A stretch of 63,428 bases of DNA, filler included, from 5 parts of 5 records of this genome joined end to end with filler, not necessarily neighbours in it; one strand, 5' to 3'; positions 53,698 to 63,428 are shown, counted from the whole stretch's first letter. The notes: generated by a model from the sequence alone, not told the origin. Translations and numbers: made by a program.

Positions 53698-54447
53698 TCA
53701 GAAAAATATATCGGCAGCCGGGACAGCCCGCCGCCCCTTGGCCGTGATCAGGATCAGATTACCGGCTTCGTCGATGGTCTCAAAGCGCCCTGTCATCGTC
53801 TCGACGGTGGTGCGGGCGGTGATCGTTTCCCCCAACCGCGCCGCATCGCGCAACCAGGCGGTCCGGATCGGGGCAAAGCCATAAGTGGTGAACTGGGCTT
53901 CAAGCCGGGCATAAGCGGCTGCCAGAAGATCTAGGAATTCTTCTGGCGTGATGCGGATACCGGTTTCCGACAACAGGCTCACCGGCGGCACCGCGCCTTG
54001 TTCCACCTGGTCCGCACCGGGGGCTGCCACAAGGTTTACGCCGATCCCGATGATGAGATGCGTGACCCCCTGCCCCGCGCCCACACTTTCCAGCAGGATC
54101 CCCGCGACCTTGCCGCCGTTCAGCAACACGTCATTGGGCCATTTCAGCTTGAACGCCTCGGCCCGGCCCGTCGCCGCGACAAAGGCATCGCGCAGAGCGA
54201 GGGCCGCAACGAAGCTGCGCAGGGCAGAAGCGGAGGGCGGCCCTTCGGGACGCATCACCAGAGATGCGAAGAAATTTCCATTCGGAGAAGACCAAGCCCG
54301 GCCCCTGCGGCCATGGCCAGCGGTCTGCTCCAATGCCAGAACCCATTCCGGCCCGGTCAGAGAGGGCGCAATGCGCGCGCCCTCGGCCATTGTGCTGTCC
54401 ACGGAGTGCAGAACCCTGCGGCCGACGCCCACGGGCCAGCCAGACAT
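53698..54447 (-). CDS. birA: Biotin--protein ligase without HTH
   Basis: QTAGHGRRGRAW, KWPND, KVAGIL and GIGVN. Confidence 0.93.
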   Translation of the reverse strand: MSGWPVGVGRRVLHSVDSTMAEGARIAPSLTGPEWVLALEQTAGHGRRGRAWSSPNGNFFASLVMRPEGPPSASALRSFVAALALRDAFVAATGRAEAFKLKWPNDVLLNGGKVAGILLESVGAGQGVTHLIIGIGVNLVAAPGADQVEQGAVPPVSLLSETGIRITPEEFLDLLAAAYARLEAQFTTYGFAPIRTAWLRDAARLGETITARTTVETMTGRFETIDEAGNLILITAKGRRAVPAADIFF

Positions 54448-54450
54448 GGC

Positions 54451-55887
54451 TTAGCGGACCAGCGTCGCGGCGGCAGCCTCGGCCAGACCATCCACACCGA
54501 AGAGGTTGAAGACCCCAAGCAGCATGATTGCGGCAGCGGCCATAAGGCCGGCATAGGCGATCGGCCCCATCTTGCCGTCGATGCCTTCGCGTTCCTCGCC
54601 GAAATACATGAAATAGACGATGCGCAGGTAGTAGAAGGCGCCGATGACCGATGCCACCACACCAAGGATCGCAACAAGGTTCAGGCCCGCATCCACGGCG
54701 GCCAGCAGCACCGCGTATTTCCCGAAGAAGCCCACCATCGGTGGCACGCCCGCAAGGCTGAACATCAGAACGAGGATGGCCAGGGCCTTGGTCGGCTCCT
54801 TGGATGCGAACCCGTTAAGACGAGAAATATTGGTCACATGACGACCGTCTTTCTGCATCGAAAGAATGAAGGCGAAGGTGCCCACATTCATGGTTACATA
54901 GATGGCCATGTAGATCAGCATCGCGCTGACGCCCTGTTCGGTGCCCGCCGACAGCCCCATCAGGGCAAAACCCATGTGAGAGATCGAGGAATAGGCCATC
55001 AGGCGCTTGATATCGGTCTGACCGATCGCAGCGATTGCGCCCAGGAACATGGACAGAACCGCGAGCAGCGCGATGATCTGCTGCCAGTCGCCCACCACAC
55101 TGCCAAACGCATCATGGGCAAGCCGTGCAAGCAGGCCCATGGCCGCCATCTTGGGGGCGGTGGCAAAGAAGGCGGTGACCGGGGTTGGCGAGCCTTCGTA
55201 GACATCGGGCGTCCACATGTGGAACGGCGCGGCAGAAACCTTGAAGGCCAGTCCGGCGACCATGAAGGCGAGGCCGAAGATCAGGCCAAGCGAGGCTCCG
55301 CCTTCCGCTGCGGCCACGATGCCCGCGAAATTGGTGGTGCCCGCAAAGCCATAGGTCAGCGATGCGCCATAGAGCAGGATTCCCGAGGACAGCGCGCCAA
55401 GAACGAAGTATTTCAGGCCCGCTTCGGTCGACCGCACGCTGTCGCGACGCATGGCGGCAACGACATACAGCGACAGCGATTGCAGCTCCAACCCCATATA
55501 GAGCGTCATGAGATCGCCCGCCGACACCATGACCATCATGCCCACCGAGGCCAGCACGATCAGCATCGGATATTCGAACCGCAGCAGGTCGTCACGGATC
55601 ATGAAATCCTTGCCGATCAGCAGAATTGCCGCAGCCGACAGTAGGATGACCACCTTGGCGAAGCGGGAGAACCCGTCGCTGATGAACATTCCGTCAAAGG
55701 CCACCTGACTGCCTTCGCCGGTCAGGCCGATATAGAGGCCCATCAGCGCCAGCAGCGCGGCGGTCAGCCAGACAAGAACCGGGGCCATCCCATCCTTGGA
55801 GGTGTAGACCGCAGCGATCAGTCCCAGCATCGCGAAGACGGACAGGACGATCTCGGGCAGGAGAATGGCGATATCGGACGCAAACAT
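54451..55887 (-). CDS. nuoN: NADH-quinone oxidoreductase subunit N
   Basis: [31 protein letters not shown] and SLAGVPP. Confidence 0.96.
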   Translation of the reverse strand: MFASDIAILLPEIVLSVFAMLGLIAAVYTSKDGMAPVLVWLTAALLALMGLYIGLTGEGSQVAFDGMFISDGFSRFAKVVILLSAAAILLIGKDFMIRDDLLRFEYPMLIVLASVGMMVMVSAGDLMTLYMGLELQSLSLYVVAAMRRDSVRSTEAGLKYFVLGALSSGILLYGASLTYGFAGTTNFAGIVAAAEGGASLGLIFGLAFMVAGLAFKVSAAPFHMWTPDVYEGSPTPVTAFFATAPKMAAMGLLARLAHDAFGSVVGDWQQIIALLAVLSMFLGAIAAIGQTDIKRLMAYSSISHMGFALMGLSAGTEQGVSAMLIYMAIYVTMNVGTFAFILSMQKDGRHVTNISRLNGFASKEPTKALAILVLMFSLAGVPPMVGFFGKYAVLLAAVDAGLNLVAILGVVASVIGAFYYLRIVYFMYFGEEREGIDGKMGPIAYAGLMAAAAIMLLGVFNLFGVDGLAEAAAATLVR

Positions 55888-55896
55888 CTCGGGACC

Positions 55897-56331
55897 TCAG
55901 TGGCTGGCGGCGACGGCCGTGTCGGACAAGGTTTGTCCGACGGCCACGTCGTAATTGTGGACAAGGTTCTCGACCGCAGGGCCGATCACGTCGAGGGCGA
56001 GGCTCGGATAAACCCCAAGAAGAAGGGTCATCACGATGAGCGGCGCAAAGATCAGACGTTCGCGCGGGGTCATGTCGGTGATGGACTTCAAGCTTTCCTT
56101 GATCAGATCGCCAAAGACCACGCGACGGTAGAGCCACAGCGCATAGGCGGCCGACAGGATCACACCGGTTGCGGCGAAGACCGCGATCCAGGTGTTGACC
56201 TGGAAGACCCCCATCAGCGTCAGGAATTCCCCGACAAAGCCCGAAGTGCCCGGCAGTCCGACATTGGCCATGGTGAACAGCATGAAGACCAGTGCATAGG
56301 CAGGCATCCGGTTCACGAGGCCGCCATAGGC
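55897..56331 (-). CDS. nuoM: NADH-quinone oxidoreductase subunit M, C-terminal part
   Basis: [15 protein letters not shown] and [10 protein letters not shown], upstream of nuoN and cut by the contig end. Confidence 0.93.
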   Translation of the reverse strand, partial: AYGGLVNRMPAYALVFMLFTMANVGLPGTSGFVGEFLTLMGVFQVNTWIAVFAATGVILSAAYALWLYRRVVFGDLIKESLKSITDMTPRERLIFAPLIVMTLLLGVYPSLALDVIGPAVENLVHNYDVAVGQTLSDTAVAASH

Positions 56332-56332
56332 G

Positions 56333-56432
56333 NNNNNNNNNNNNNNNNNNNNNNNNNNNNNNNNNNNNNNNNNNNNTTAATTAATTAANNNNNNNNNNNN
56401 NNNNNNNNNNNNNNNNNNNNNNNNNNNNNNNN
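56333..56432. other. Artificial contig spacer
   Basis: 44 N + TTAATTAATTAA + 44 N. Confidence 0.99.
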
Positions 56433-56788
56433 TCCTTCGAGAACATGTGCATCGAGCCGCCCTTGCCCTTGGAATACCCGCCCTCGCGGCCCGTAAGCTC
56501 GGCCATCACGCCCTTGGGGTCCATGCCACAGGCCAGCATGTGGCCGTGATCGCGGTAGGAGGTGATGCGCTTGTCGCCTTCCTTGGTGGCGGCCTCAAGC
56601 CCCACAACTACCGCTTCCTGACCGATATACAGGTGGCAGAAGCCCCCGATCAGGCCCATGCCGTAAAGCTGTCCGGCCTTTTCCTCGAATCTGCGGATCA
56701 GCAGCATCTCGCGGTAATATTCCAGCAGTTCTTCAGGCGAAACGTTTGGTTTTGCGGCAGATTTTGCTGTGCTCTTGCGCGCGGCCAT
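56433..56788 (-). CDS. pdhA: Pyruvate dehydrogenase E1 alpha, N-terminal part
   Basis: IRRFEEKAGQLYGMG, GFCHLYIGQEA, YRDHGH and GKGGSMH, with GGAGG SD. Confidence 0.95.
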
Positions 56789-56814
56789 GCCAGCCCCTCC
56801 TCTCGGTCAACAGA

Positions 56815-56834
56815 ATAGTTTAACGTTGAACTAT
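56815..56834. promoter_or_regulatory. Near-perfect 20-bp palindrome upstream of pdhA (candidate operator)
   Basis: ATAGTTTAACGTTGAACTAT has 9 of 10 symmetric pairs and lies 26 nt upstream of the ATG. Confidence 0.55.
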
Positions 56835-57021
56835 CTTCTAACAGAGGTCGCCAGAAAAATCACGTACAGAATTGCCACAGGGGGGAAGTTCAGAAATCCC
56901 CAAGAATTGGCGCCTTCCGCCGTCCCTGTCGGCCCTGCGGATTTGATTGAACGCTGGCCGCATGCCGAACGACAGACTGACATATTGGTTTGCCATCTTA
57001 CCCCCCAAGGAGTTCCGTCAA

Positions 57022-57717
57022 ATGCGCAGTTCGAAAAGCATTGTCGAAAGCAAGGTCATTTCCTGGATCGACGGTATCGAGGATCGCCCCGACGGTCTCT
57101 TTTCCGTCGGTCCCTACGAACGCCCCGGCAGTTTCAAGAACCCCGGTCCCAACGACAACCCCGGCGGAATTCCGTCGCCGACCGAGGTCTATGGCAGCAA
57201 CGGCGACGATGACATTGACCACGAAGGGGTGAATGTCGGCCAGGAAATCTACAGCTTCGCAGGCGACGACACGGTGCGCGCCGGATCGGGCGACGACACG
57301 ATCTTCAGCGGTCTGGGCGATGACACGATTATGGCATGGGCCGGTGACGATCTGGCCGTTGGTGGCGAAGGCAATGATTTCATTGATGGAAATGCCGGAA
57401 ACGACACGATCCATGCGGGCGAAGGCGAAGACCAGATCTTTGGCGGCGCGGATGACGACCTGATTTTTCTGGTCGATGACGGCGACGAGGACATCATCTA
57501 TTTTAACCAAAGCCACGGCAACGACGTGATCGACAATTTCGAACACGGGATCGACAAGGTCGGTCTCGGCGGCTTCGGCTTCACGTCCTTCGATGACATT
57601 GACGACATGCTTGTCTACATCGGCGATCAGGCAATGCTGGATTTGGGCGGTGGCGACAGCATCATCTTCACCCAGCTGGAAGGGCCGCTGACGGCGGATG
57701 ATTTCATCTTCGGATAA
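57022..57717 (+). CDS. Small acidic RTX/hemolysin-type Ca-binding repeat protein
   Basis: Nonapeptides AGSGDDTIF, SGLGDDTIM, GGEGNDFID, GNAGNDTIH, AGEGEDQIF and GGADDDLIF, with the C-terminus LTADDFIF and AAGGAG SD. Confidence 0.85.
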   Translation: MRSSKSIVESKVISWIDGIEDRPDGLFSVGPYERPGSFKNPGPNDNPGGIPSPTEVYGSNGDDDIDHEGVNVGQEIYSFAGDDTVRAGSGDDTIFSGLGDDTIMAWAGDDLAVGGEGNDFIDGNAGNDTIHAGEGEDQIFGGADDDLIFLVDDGDEDIIYFNQSHGNDVIDNFEHGIDKVGLGGFGFTSFDDIDDMLVYIGDQAMLDLGGGDSIIFTQLEGPLTADDFIFG

Positions 57718-57720
57718 CGG

Positions 57721-58014
57721 TTACGGCAGAACGATCTCATCGGGGCGCATATATCCCAGACGCTGTCGGGCCTGTTGATCGAGCAGGTCGAGGTCGAGAT
57801 ATTCGTCCGATATACGCCGGGTCAGCAGGGTCATCTCGGCGGTTTCGATGCGCAATGCGTCCAGTTCGGCCCGATAGACATCCCGTTCCGATTCAATCTG
57901 GATGCGACGGAACAGCCCGTAATCCCCCTGCACGGCGGCAAAGGTGAAATAGGCCCCGATAAACAGGAGCCCAATGGGCAGGATAAGCCCTGAGAACGAG
58001 CGTCTTTTCTGCAT
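57721..58014 (-). CDS. ftsB: Septum formation initiator (FtsB/DivIC family)
   Basis: TM helix, QGDYGL, a coiled coil and DLDLLDQQARQRLGY..PDE. Confidence 0.82.
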   Translation of the reverse strand: MQKRRSFSGLILPIGLLFIGAYFTFAAVQGDYGLFRRIQIESERDVYRAELDALRIETAEMTLLTRRISDEYLDLDLLDQQARQRLGYMRPDEIVLP

Positions 58015-58162
58015 CAATTCTGCCGTGCCTCTGGTTCCACCCGTCATGACGCGGGTGGTTGCCGGGCAGAATCGCATATCGCGGCGCAAAAGGGAATCCC
58101 CTGATTCGTCCGTTCCAATGCTGCGGCATCTCGGCAAGGTGGTTGAACATGACAACTATCTT

Positions 58163-58179
58163 CTTAGATGCATTCTAAA
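58163..58179. promoter_or_regulatory. ICE (Irr) box upstream of bacterioferritin
   Basis: CTTAGAT-GCA-TTCTAAA versus TTTAGAA-N3-TTCTAAA (two mismatches), 28 nt before the ATG. Confidence 0.68.
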
Positions 58180-58207
58180 TCAGCATAGAGATTGAAAGGA
58201 CAGTTCC

Positions 58208-58696
58208 ATGCCCCGCAACACTTCCAGCCTTCCCGCCCTGCAAAAAGCCCTGTCGATGGAGTTGGCAGCGTCCCAGCAATACCTGCTGCATGCCCATGTT
58301 CTGGAAGACTGGGGCCTCGGCAAGCTGGCCGCCACCATGCGCGAGGAGATGCAGGAAGAGCTTGGCCATGCGGGCCAGTTCATCGACCGGATCCTGTTTC
58401 TGGGCGGCAATCCCGAAATGGTGCCCGCCAAGACGCCGGTTCGTGCCCATTCGCTGAAAGAGATGTTCGAGATCGACCGTGCGGACGAGGCCGACGCGAT
58501 CGAGGTCTATTCCGCCGCTGCCGCCGAGGCGGGCGCAGCCAATGATATCGGCAGCCGGGTGCTGTTCGAGACCATTGCCTTGGATGAAGAGGGCCATTGG
58601 GGCTGGCTGGATCAGCAACTGGCCTTGCTGGAACGTCTTGGCGAAGCGGTCTTCATGCAGACTTATCTGGGCGCGGCTCCGGCATCCGAGGTCTGA
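58208..58696 (+). CDS. bfr: Bacterioferritin-family protein lacking the heme-ligand Met52
   Basis: ELAASQQYLLH, DWG, EELGHA, RILFLGG.P and DEEGH, with GAAAGGA SD. Confidence 0.85.
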   Translation: MPRNTSSLPALQKALSMELAASQQYLLHAHVLEDWGLGKLAATMREEMQEELGHAGQFIDRILFLGGNPEMVPAKTPVRAHSLKEMFEIDRADEADAIEVYSAAAAEAGAANDIGSRVLFETIALDEEGHWGWLDQQLALLERLGEAVFMQTYLGAAPASEV

Positions 58697-58701
58697 ATGG
58701 A

Positions 58702-58737
58702 AAAGCCCTCCCCGGATTGCAGGCCGGAGAGGGCTTT
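58702..58737. terminator. Bidirectional terminator between convergent bfr and fda
   Basis: AAAGCCCTC-C-CCGG...CCGG-A-GAGGGCTTT. Confidence 0.7.
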
Positions 58738-58752
58738 CTCATCTCGGAAAAA

Positions 58753-59646
58753 TCAACCCGCGACCGATGCATCCCGGATCGACTGGATCGAGGCATCCAA
58801 AACCGCGTTGAACTGTTCGTCCGTCTGGCGCGCAGACAAGCCCTCGGTCAGGGCGCGGCTGAAGCTGGCAATCATGCCGGTCTGACGCGACAGGCGGTCA
58901 TTGGCCTCTTCGCGGTTGTACCCGCCCGACAGCGCCACGACCTTCAGAACGCGGGGGTGATTGACCAGGGGCTTAAAGAGGTTATCAACCTCGGGCAGGG
59001 TCAGTTTCAGCATCACCATCTGATCGTCTGCCAGCGCGTCCAGATGCGCGAGGATCACGTCGCGCAAAATCTCTTCGGCTTCTGCCTTGTCAGCGATGGT
59101 GATCGTGACCTCGGGTTCGATGATCGGCACCAGCCCATGGGACAGGATCTGCTTGCCCACCTCAAACTGCTGTTCGACAACGGCCTTGATGCCTGCCGGG
59201 TTCGCTGCTGAAATGACGGACCGCATCTTGGTGCCATAGACGCCCTGTGCGACGGCGCGTTCCAGCAGCGCGTCGAGATCGGGCATCGGCTTCATCACCT
59301 GACAGCCGTTTTCCTCTGCCGCCAAGCCCTTGTCGACCTTGAGAAACGGCACCACGCCGCAATCGTCCCACAGGAAGCGGGCAGAGGGCTTGCCGCCGAT
59401 CTGCCGGTCCATGGTCATCTCGAACAGGATCGCGCCCACCACACGGTCACCGTTGAACGCGGGCGATTGCACGATCCGCGCGCGCATGGCGTGAACCAGA
59501 TCGAACATTTCCGCGTCCGAGCCATAGGCGTCCTCATCCACCCCATAAAGACGCAATGCCTTGGGCGTGGACCCGCCCGACTGGTCGAGCGCGGCAATAA
59601 AGCCCTGTCCGTTGCGGATAAGGTCGGTCTGGTCCTGGTTCGGCAT
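58753..59646 (-). CDS. fda: Class I fructose-bisphosphate aldolase
   Basis: GFIAALDQSGGSTPKAL, FLKVDKG, GTKMRS, IIEPE, MLKL, ALSGGY and ASFSRAL. Confidence 0.93.
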   Translation of the reverse strand: MPNQDQTDLIRNGQGFIAALDQSGGSTPKALRLYGVDEDAYGSDAEMFDLVHAMRARIVQSPAFNGDRVVGAILFEMTMDRQIGGKPSARFLWDDCGVVPFLKVDKGLAAEENGCQVMKPMPDLDALLERAVAQGVYGTKMRSVISAANPAGIKAVVEQQFEVGKQILSHGLVPIIEPEVTITIADKAEAEEILRDVILAHLDALADDQMVMLKLTLPEVDNLFKPLVNHPRVLKVVALSGGYNREEANDRLSRQTGMIASFSRALTEGLSARQTDEQFNAVLDASIQSIRDASVAG

Positions 59647-59772
59647 GGGGTATTCCTTGGCGATCTGTCATGGCCCGGGGCCGGGCGCTGTCATGCCGGT
59701 GATAGGACAGGCCCCGGGCGGCTTCAATTCTGGTTACGCTAACAGGGGGCGATGAACGCCCCCCGACAGCGA

Positions 59773-61407
59773 TTATTCCGCGTCCGAGGTGGCGAACCAG
59801 ACCGCGTTGGCCCGGTCATGGACTCCGGCAAGCGTGTCGGCCCAGAAAACAGCGTCCTCCTCGGACAGCCTGCTGCCCATGGCTTCCAGTTCATCGACGA
59901 TCAACGCTGCGCCGGCATCGCCAGCGGCCAATGCGAGAAGCGCATAGAAATAGGCGTCGGAATAGCGCCGTGCCGACCCGAGACCGGACAGCGCATCCTG
60001 AGCAAGGCGTCTCAGGTCGCGCCCGGTTTCATCACCGGCAAGCGTCAACGCTCCGCCGTCTTCTGCCTGCAGCTCCAACACGTCGAGAATGGGCAACGCG
60101 GCTTCCAGCCGGTCCAGATGGGCGAAGGCCAGCCGGTCGCCCTGAGCGGCGGCATTGCGGGCGATCTGATAGGCAAAGCCGGGATCGAGAGCGTCTAGCG
60201 TGCCAAGCGCCATGTCCAGCGCTTGCGGGTTGCCGGTTTCCAGAAGCGGAGTCAGCAAGTCCATCGCCACATCCGCGTCGCGTGGGGCACCGACACCTGT
60301 CAGAAAGGCATGGGCATAGCGCAACAGGTCTGCCTCGCCCAATTCCACATCGCCGCCGTCCATCCAGGATTGCAGTAATGCCGCTTCATCCGGCGTGATG
60401 CGGGTGTCGGGCCGGTCCGCATCGGTGAACAGCATGGGTGACAGCGCCGCCACGAACGGGCCGAAATCCTCGAACAGATCGTCGTCCAGCCGTAACGGGG
60501 CGTCTGGCGCAATTTCCAGCCGCAGGGTGCCGGGGTTGGCGGTAAAGCGGGCGAAGGTCTGTGCGCTGGCCTCGATAAAGGCATAGGCGGCCTCATCCTC
60601 GGGGCTGTTTTGTGGGGCGGGCGGCGGCACCTGTGCCGCGTCCCCTTCATCGTCCTTACCATCGGAGGGGGTCTCCGGTTCCGGTTCCGGGGCCGGTTGT
60701 GGGGCTTGGTGCTGATACCCCGGCAGCAAGTCCTGCACCAACATCGGAACAACCACCTCTGGCAGCAGCATGGCTGGCGGGATGTCTGCCGATACGACCT
60801 GCCAGCTGCCCCGATCGGTCACTTCGATCTCGGCATAGGCCAGGTCGATCACTGGTTCCTCGCGGTCGAAATTCAACGCGACATAGCTGAACTCGACATG
60901 ACCGCTGATATCGGCCTGACCATAAGATTGCGCCAGAAAATCAACCGTCAGACCGGCGGTGGCATAGTCATATTCCAGCCGGATCTGACCCCGGTCGAGC
61001 ACGGTCTCGGTGATCCCGACCTGCGCAAGATCGGCCTGGGCGCTGCGAATGAAGCAGCCATCCCCGACCTCGAACCCCAGCACGTCGATATCAAGCGCCC
61101 CATAGGTGATCTGATCCAGTGGCGCGGTGGTGATCACGGCGCGATCCAGCGTGACCAGGCAATCGGGGTCGTCATAGGGCGACAATTCCAGCCCGGTCAG
61201 GATCATGCGGCCATCCAGCGGGCGGATGTCCATATGGGCATAGGTCACCTCGGCCACGCCGCGCAGGGCATTCATCACGATCTGCCCGCCCATATTGGCC
61301 AGCCGGTCGAGTGTCAGAAGGTCCAGCAGGGTGACGGGTTCGGCGCGGGCAGGGAGGGCCAGCAGCGGGACAAGGGCGGTAGCGGACAGCAGGGAACGAC
61401 GAGTCAT
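59773..61407 (-). CDS. Tat-exported acidic protein with degenerate Sel1-like repeats
   Basis: Twin-arginine signal MTRRSLL...PARA, a Pro/Glu linker, GVGAPRD..AM and GLGSARR..AYFY. Confidence 0.65.
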   Translation of the reverse strand: MTRRSLLSATALVPLLALPARAEPVTLLDLLTLDRLANMGGQIVMNALRGVAEVTYAHMDIRPLDGRMILTGLELSPYDDPDCLVTLDRAVITTAPLDQITYGALDIDVLGFEVGDGCFIRSAQADLAQVGITETVLDRGQIRLEYDYATAGLTVDFLAQSYGQADISGHVEFSYVALNFDREEPVIDLAYAEIEVTDRGSWQVVSADIPPAMLLPEVVVPMLVQDLLPGYQHQAPQPAPEPEPETPSDGKDDEGDAAQVPPPAPQNSPEDEAAYAFIEASAQTFARFTANPGTLRLEIAPDAPLRLDDDLFEDFGPFVAALSPMLFTDADRPDTRITPDEAALLQSWMDGGDVELGEADLLRYAHAFLTGVGAPRDADVAMDLLTPLLETGNPQALDMALGTLDALDPGFAYQIARNAAAQGDRLAFAHLDRLEAALPILDVLELQAEDGGALTLAGDETGRDLRRLAQDALSGLGSARRYSDAYFYALLALAAGDAGAALIVDELEAMGSRLSEEDAVFWADTLAGVHDRANAVWFATSDAE

Positions 61408-61636
61408 GGCAATTGCTCCATGGTCAGATATGAAATTGTGCAGATGCGGTCAGCAAACCCCATCTGCCCCATGTCTGGCAACTGGTTTGATCTTCCTCGC
61501 CCCAAACTGTCGGAACCCCGCCAATTCGGCTGCAAACGGGGGGGCGGGCACGCGTGTTGAGCCGCCATTGCGGATGGCGTACCACTTGGCTGTCGCCCAT
61601 TTCAGGCGGCCGGAAATCAGGAAAAATCCAAGACAG

Positions 61637-62053
61637 ATGATTGCCTATGTCACAGTCGGTGCCGATGATCTGCAACGCGCAAAACGCTTCTATACCGCGT
61701 TTCTGCCCGCCTTGGGCTACCAGCCGTCAGAGGGGCCGGAAGGGCTGAGCTTTGCGCTGCCGGTCGCGCCCGGTCAGTCCATCATCTTGCCGGATTTCTA
61801 CGTCAAACCAACCTTCGATGGCCGCGCCGCATCGGCTGGCAACGGGTCCATGGTGGCGTTCGAGGCGCGCGCGCAGCAACAGGTTCGCGACCTTCACGCA
61901 GCCGCCTTGGCCGCTGGCGGCACAGACGAGGGCCAACCGGGATTTCGCGCAGCCTACGGGCCGCAATTCTATGTTGGCTATCTTCGCGATCCTCAAGGCA
62001 ACAAGATCGCGCTGTTTTCCAGCAACTCCGAAGAGCCGGGACGCGACGGGTAG
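61637..62053 (+). CDS. VOC/glyoxalase family protein
   Basis: YVTVGADDL.RAKRFY, GNGSMVAF, GGTDEGQPG.R and YLRDPQGNK. Confidence 0.9.
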   Translation: MIAYVTVGADDLQRAKRFYTAFLPALGYQPSEGPEGLSFALPVAPGQSIILPDFYVKPTFDGRAASAGNGSMVAFEARAQQQVRDLHAAALAAGGTDEGQPGFRAAYGPQFYVGYLRDPQGNKIALFSSNSEEPGRDG

Positions 62054-62089
62054 CGTAACTGGATCTGTCGCGTCCACGCCGATTTCGAT

Positions 62090-62121
62090 CCTGCCGATCC
62101 ATCCAGGCGGGGATCGGCAGG
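62090..62121. terminator. 11-bp stem-loop between convergent VOC gene and pgk
   Basis: CCTGCCGATCC-N10-GGATCGGCAGG, with no clear U tract. Confidence 0.5.
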
Positions 62122-62149
62122 GCCGGTCTGCATGTCGTCTGACGGGCGG

Positions 62150-63328
62150 TCAGCCCTCCAGCGCGGCGACGCCGGGCAGGGTCTTGCCCTCCATCCATTC
62201 AAGGAACGCACCGCCCGCGGTCGAGATATAGGTGAACCGATCCGCCGCGCCCGCCTTGTTCAGCGCCGCGACCGTATCGCCGCCCCCGGCCACGCTGATC
62301 AGCTTGCCTTCTGCGGTCAGGCGCGCGGCCTCGGCGGCGGCGGCATTGGTGGCCATGTCAAACGGCTCGATCTCGAAGGCGCCAAGCGGGCCGTTCCAAA
62401 TGAGCGTCTTGCACTGGGCAAACACCTCTTTCAGCGCCGCAACCGTCGCGGGGCCTGCATCGAGGATCATCGTATCATCGGGGCACTGATCGGCAGGCAG
62501 CGTTTCATTGGCGGCATTGGCGGCAAATTCACGGGCCACGACGATATCCACCGGCAAGTGAACGGCACAACCCGCGGCCTTGGCCTTCTCAAGAATGGCG
62601 CGCGCGGTGTCGGCCATTTCATGCTCGGCCAACGACTTGCCCACGGGGATGCCTTGCGCCGCAAGAAAGGTGTTGGCCATGCCGCCACCGATCACAAGGT
62701 GATCGACCTTGGCGACAAGATTGCCCAGAAGATCCAGCTTGGTGGACACTTTCGCACCCCCCACAACTGCGGCCACAGGTCGGGCGGGGCTGCCAAGCGC
62801 CTTGTCCAGTGCCGACAGTTCCTCGGCCATCAAACGCCCGGCGCAGGAGGGCAGCAATCGCGCCACACCCTCGGTTGAGGCATGGGCGCGATGCGCAGCA
62901 GAAAACGCGTCGTTGCAATAGATGTCCCCCAGAGAGGCCAGGAATTGGGCCATCGCGGGATCGTTCTTTTCTTCCATCGGCGTGAAGCGGGTGTTCTCCA
63001 CCAGCACTACGGTGCCAGACGGCATTGCCTCCAGTGCGGCGCGATCCGGGCGTTCCACGAACACCACTTTCTGCCCCAGCTTTTCCTCCAGCATCGGCAG
63101 GGTGATCCGCAGGCTCATCTCCGCCACCGGCTGCCCCTTGGGCCGCCCGAAATGGGCCAGCAGCACAGGCGTGCCGCCATGGGCCAGGATATCCTTCACC
63201 GTCGGAATGATCCGCTCGATCCGCGTCGCGTCGGTCACCTTGCCCGCCTCCACCGGCACGTTGATATCGACACGGGTCAGTACGATCTTGCCTGCAAGAT
63301 CCATGTCATCGAGTGTTTTCCAGCCCAT
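62150..63328 (-). CDS. pgk: Phosphoglycerate kinase
   Basis: [41 protein letters not shown] and STAGGA, with AGGAGG SD. Confidence 0.97.
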   Translation of the reverse strand: MGWKTLDDMDLAGKIVLTRVDINVPVEAGKVTDATRIERIIPTVKDILAHGGTPVLLAHFGRPKGQPVAEMSLRITLPMLEEKLGQKVVFVERPDRAALEAMPSGTVVLVENTRFTPMEEKNDPAMAQFLASLGDIYCNDAFSAAHRAHASTEGVARLLPSCAGRLMAEELSALDKALGSPARPVAAVVGGAKVSTKLDLLGNLVAKVDHLVIGGGMANTFLAAQGIPVGKSLAEHEMADTARAILEKAKAAGCAVHLPVDIVVAREFAANAANETLPADQCPDDTMILDAGPATVAALKEVFAQCKTLIWNGPLGAFEIEPFDMATNAAAAEAARLTAEGKLISVAGGGDTVAALNKAGAADRFTYISTAGGAFLEWMEGKTLPGVAALEG

Positions 63329-63397
63329 GCAATCCTCCTGTCAAATGTTGCGACGCTCTTAGCATCAAGAACCCGAAAGGGCAGCCGCCAACATGCC

Positions 63398-63428
63398 GCT
63401 GCCCCTTCTTCTTGGCCAAAATACTCCC
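63398..63428. repeat. Head of a small intergenic repeat at the contig end
   Basis: GCTGCCCCTTCTTCTTGGCCAAAATACTCCC resembles 12285-12314. Confidence 0.45.

Overview
This window is not one locus. It contains five unrelated contigs joined by 100-nt spacers (44 N + TTAATTAATTAA + 44 N), so adjacency across a spacer means nothing. Taxonomic calls below are inferred from gene content and synteny, not from searches. (1) 1-12479, Rhodobacteraceae-like: trmFO, a methyltransferase, gluQ, hisI, an IscU-like gene, an orphan soluble chemoreceptor, an unlisted 42-aa membrane ORF behind an alphaproteobacterial LexA box, recG-ligA-ctrA-sciP, mnmA and the end of lpxB. (2) 12580-19696, compact actinobacterial (Microbacteriaceae-like): a degenerate GatD/CobQ-like tail, two overlapping alanine-racemase-family genes, a small Cys/His protein, and convergent parE/parC. 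(3) 19797-49204, gammaproteobacterial (Halieaceae/Cellvibrionales-like) core genes from fis/dusB/prmA/accCB/aroQ through polB, mrcB-lpoP, hemB/hemL/hemJ, argC, erpA and anmK to tyrS and tandem rrn-type promoters. (4) 49305-56332, Rhodobacteraceae-like: DEAD helicase, an Fe/2OG oxygenase, rnj, coaX, birA, nuoN and nuoM. (5) 56433-63428, Rhodobacteraceae-like: pdhA, an RTX-repeat protein, an ftsB-like gene, a bacterioferritin lacking the heme Met, fda, a Tat/Sel1-like protein, a VOC protein and pgk. The best candidate for an undescribed system is in contig 2. One racemase paralog keeps only the PLP lysine and the other keeps only the catalytic tyrosine, which predicts an obligate heterodimer. 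It abuts a GatD-like gene that has lost its catalytic His, suggesting a module for type-B peptidoglycan bridge synthesis. The second-best candidate is the LexA-boxed 42-aa membrane protein downstream of recG. No CRISPR array, tRNA, rRNA or transposase was recognised.
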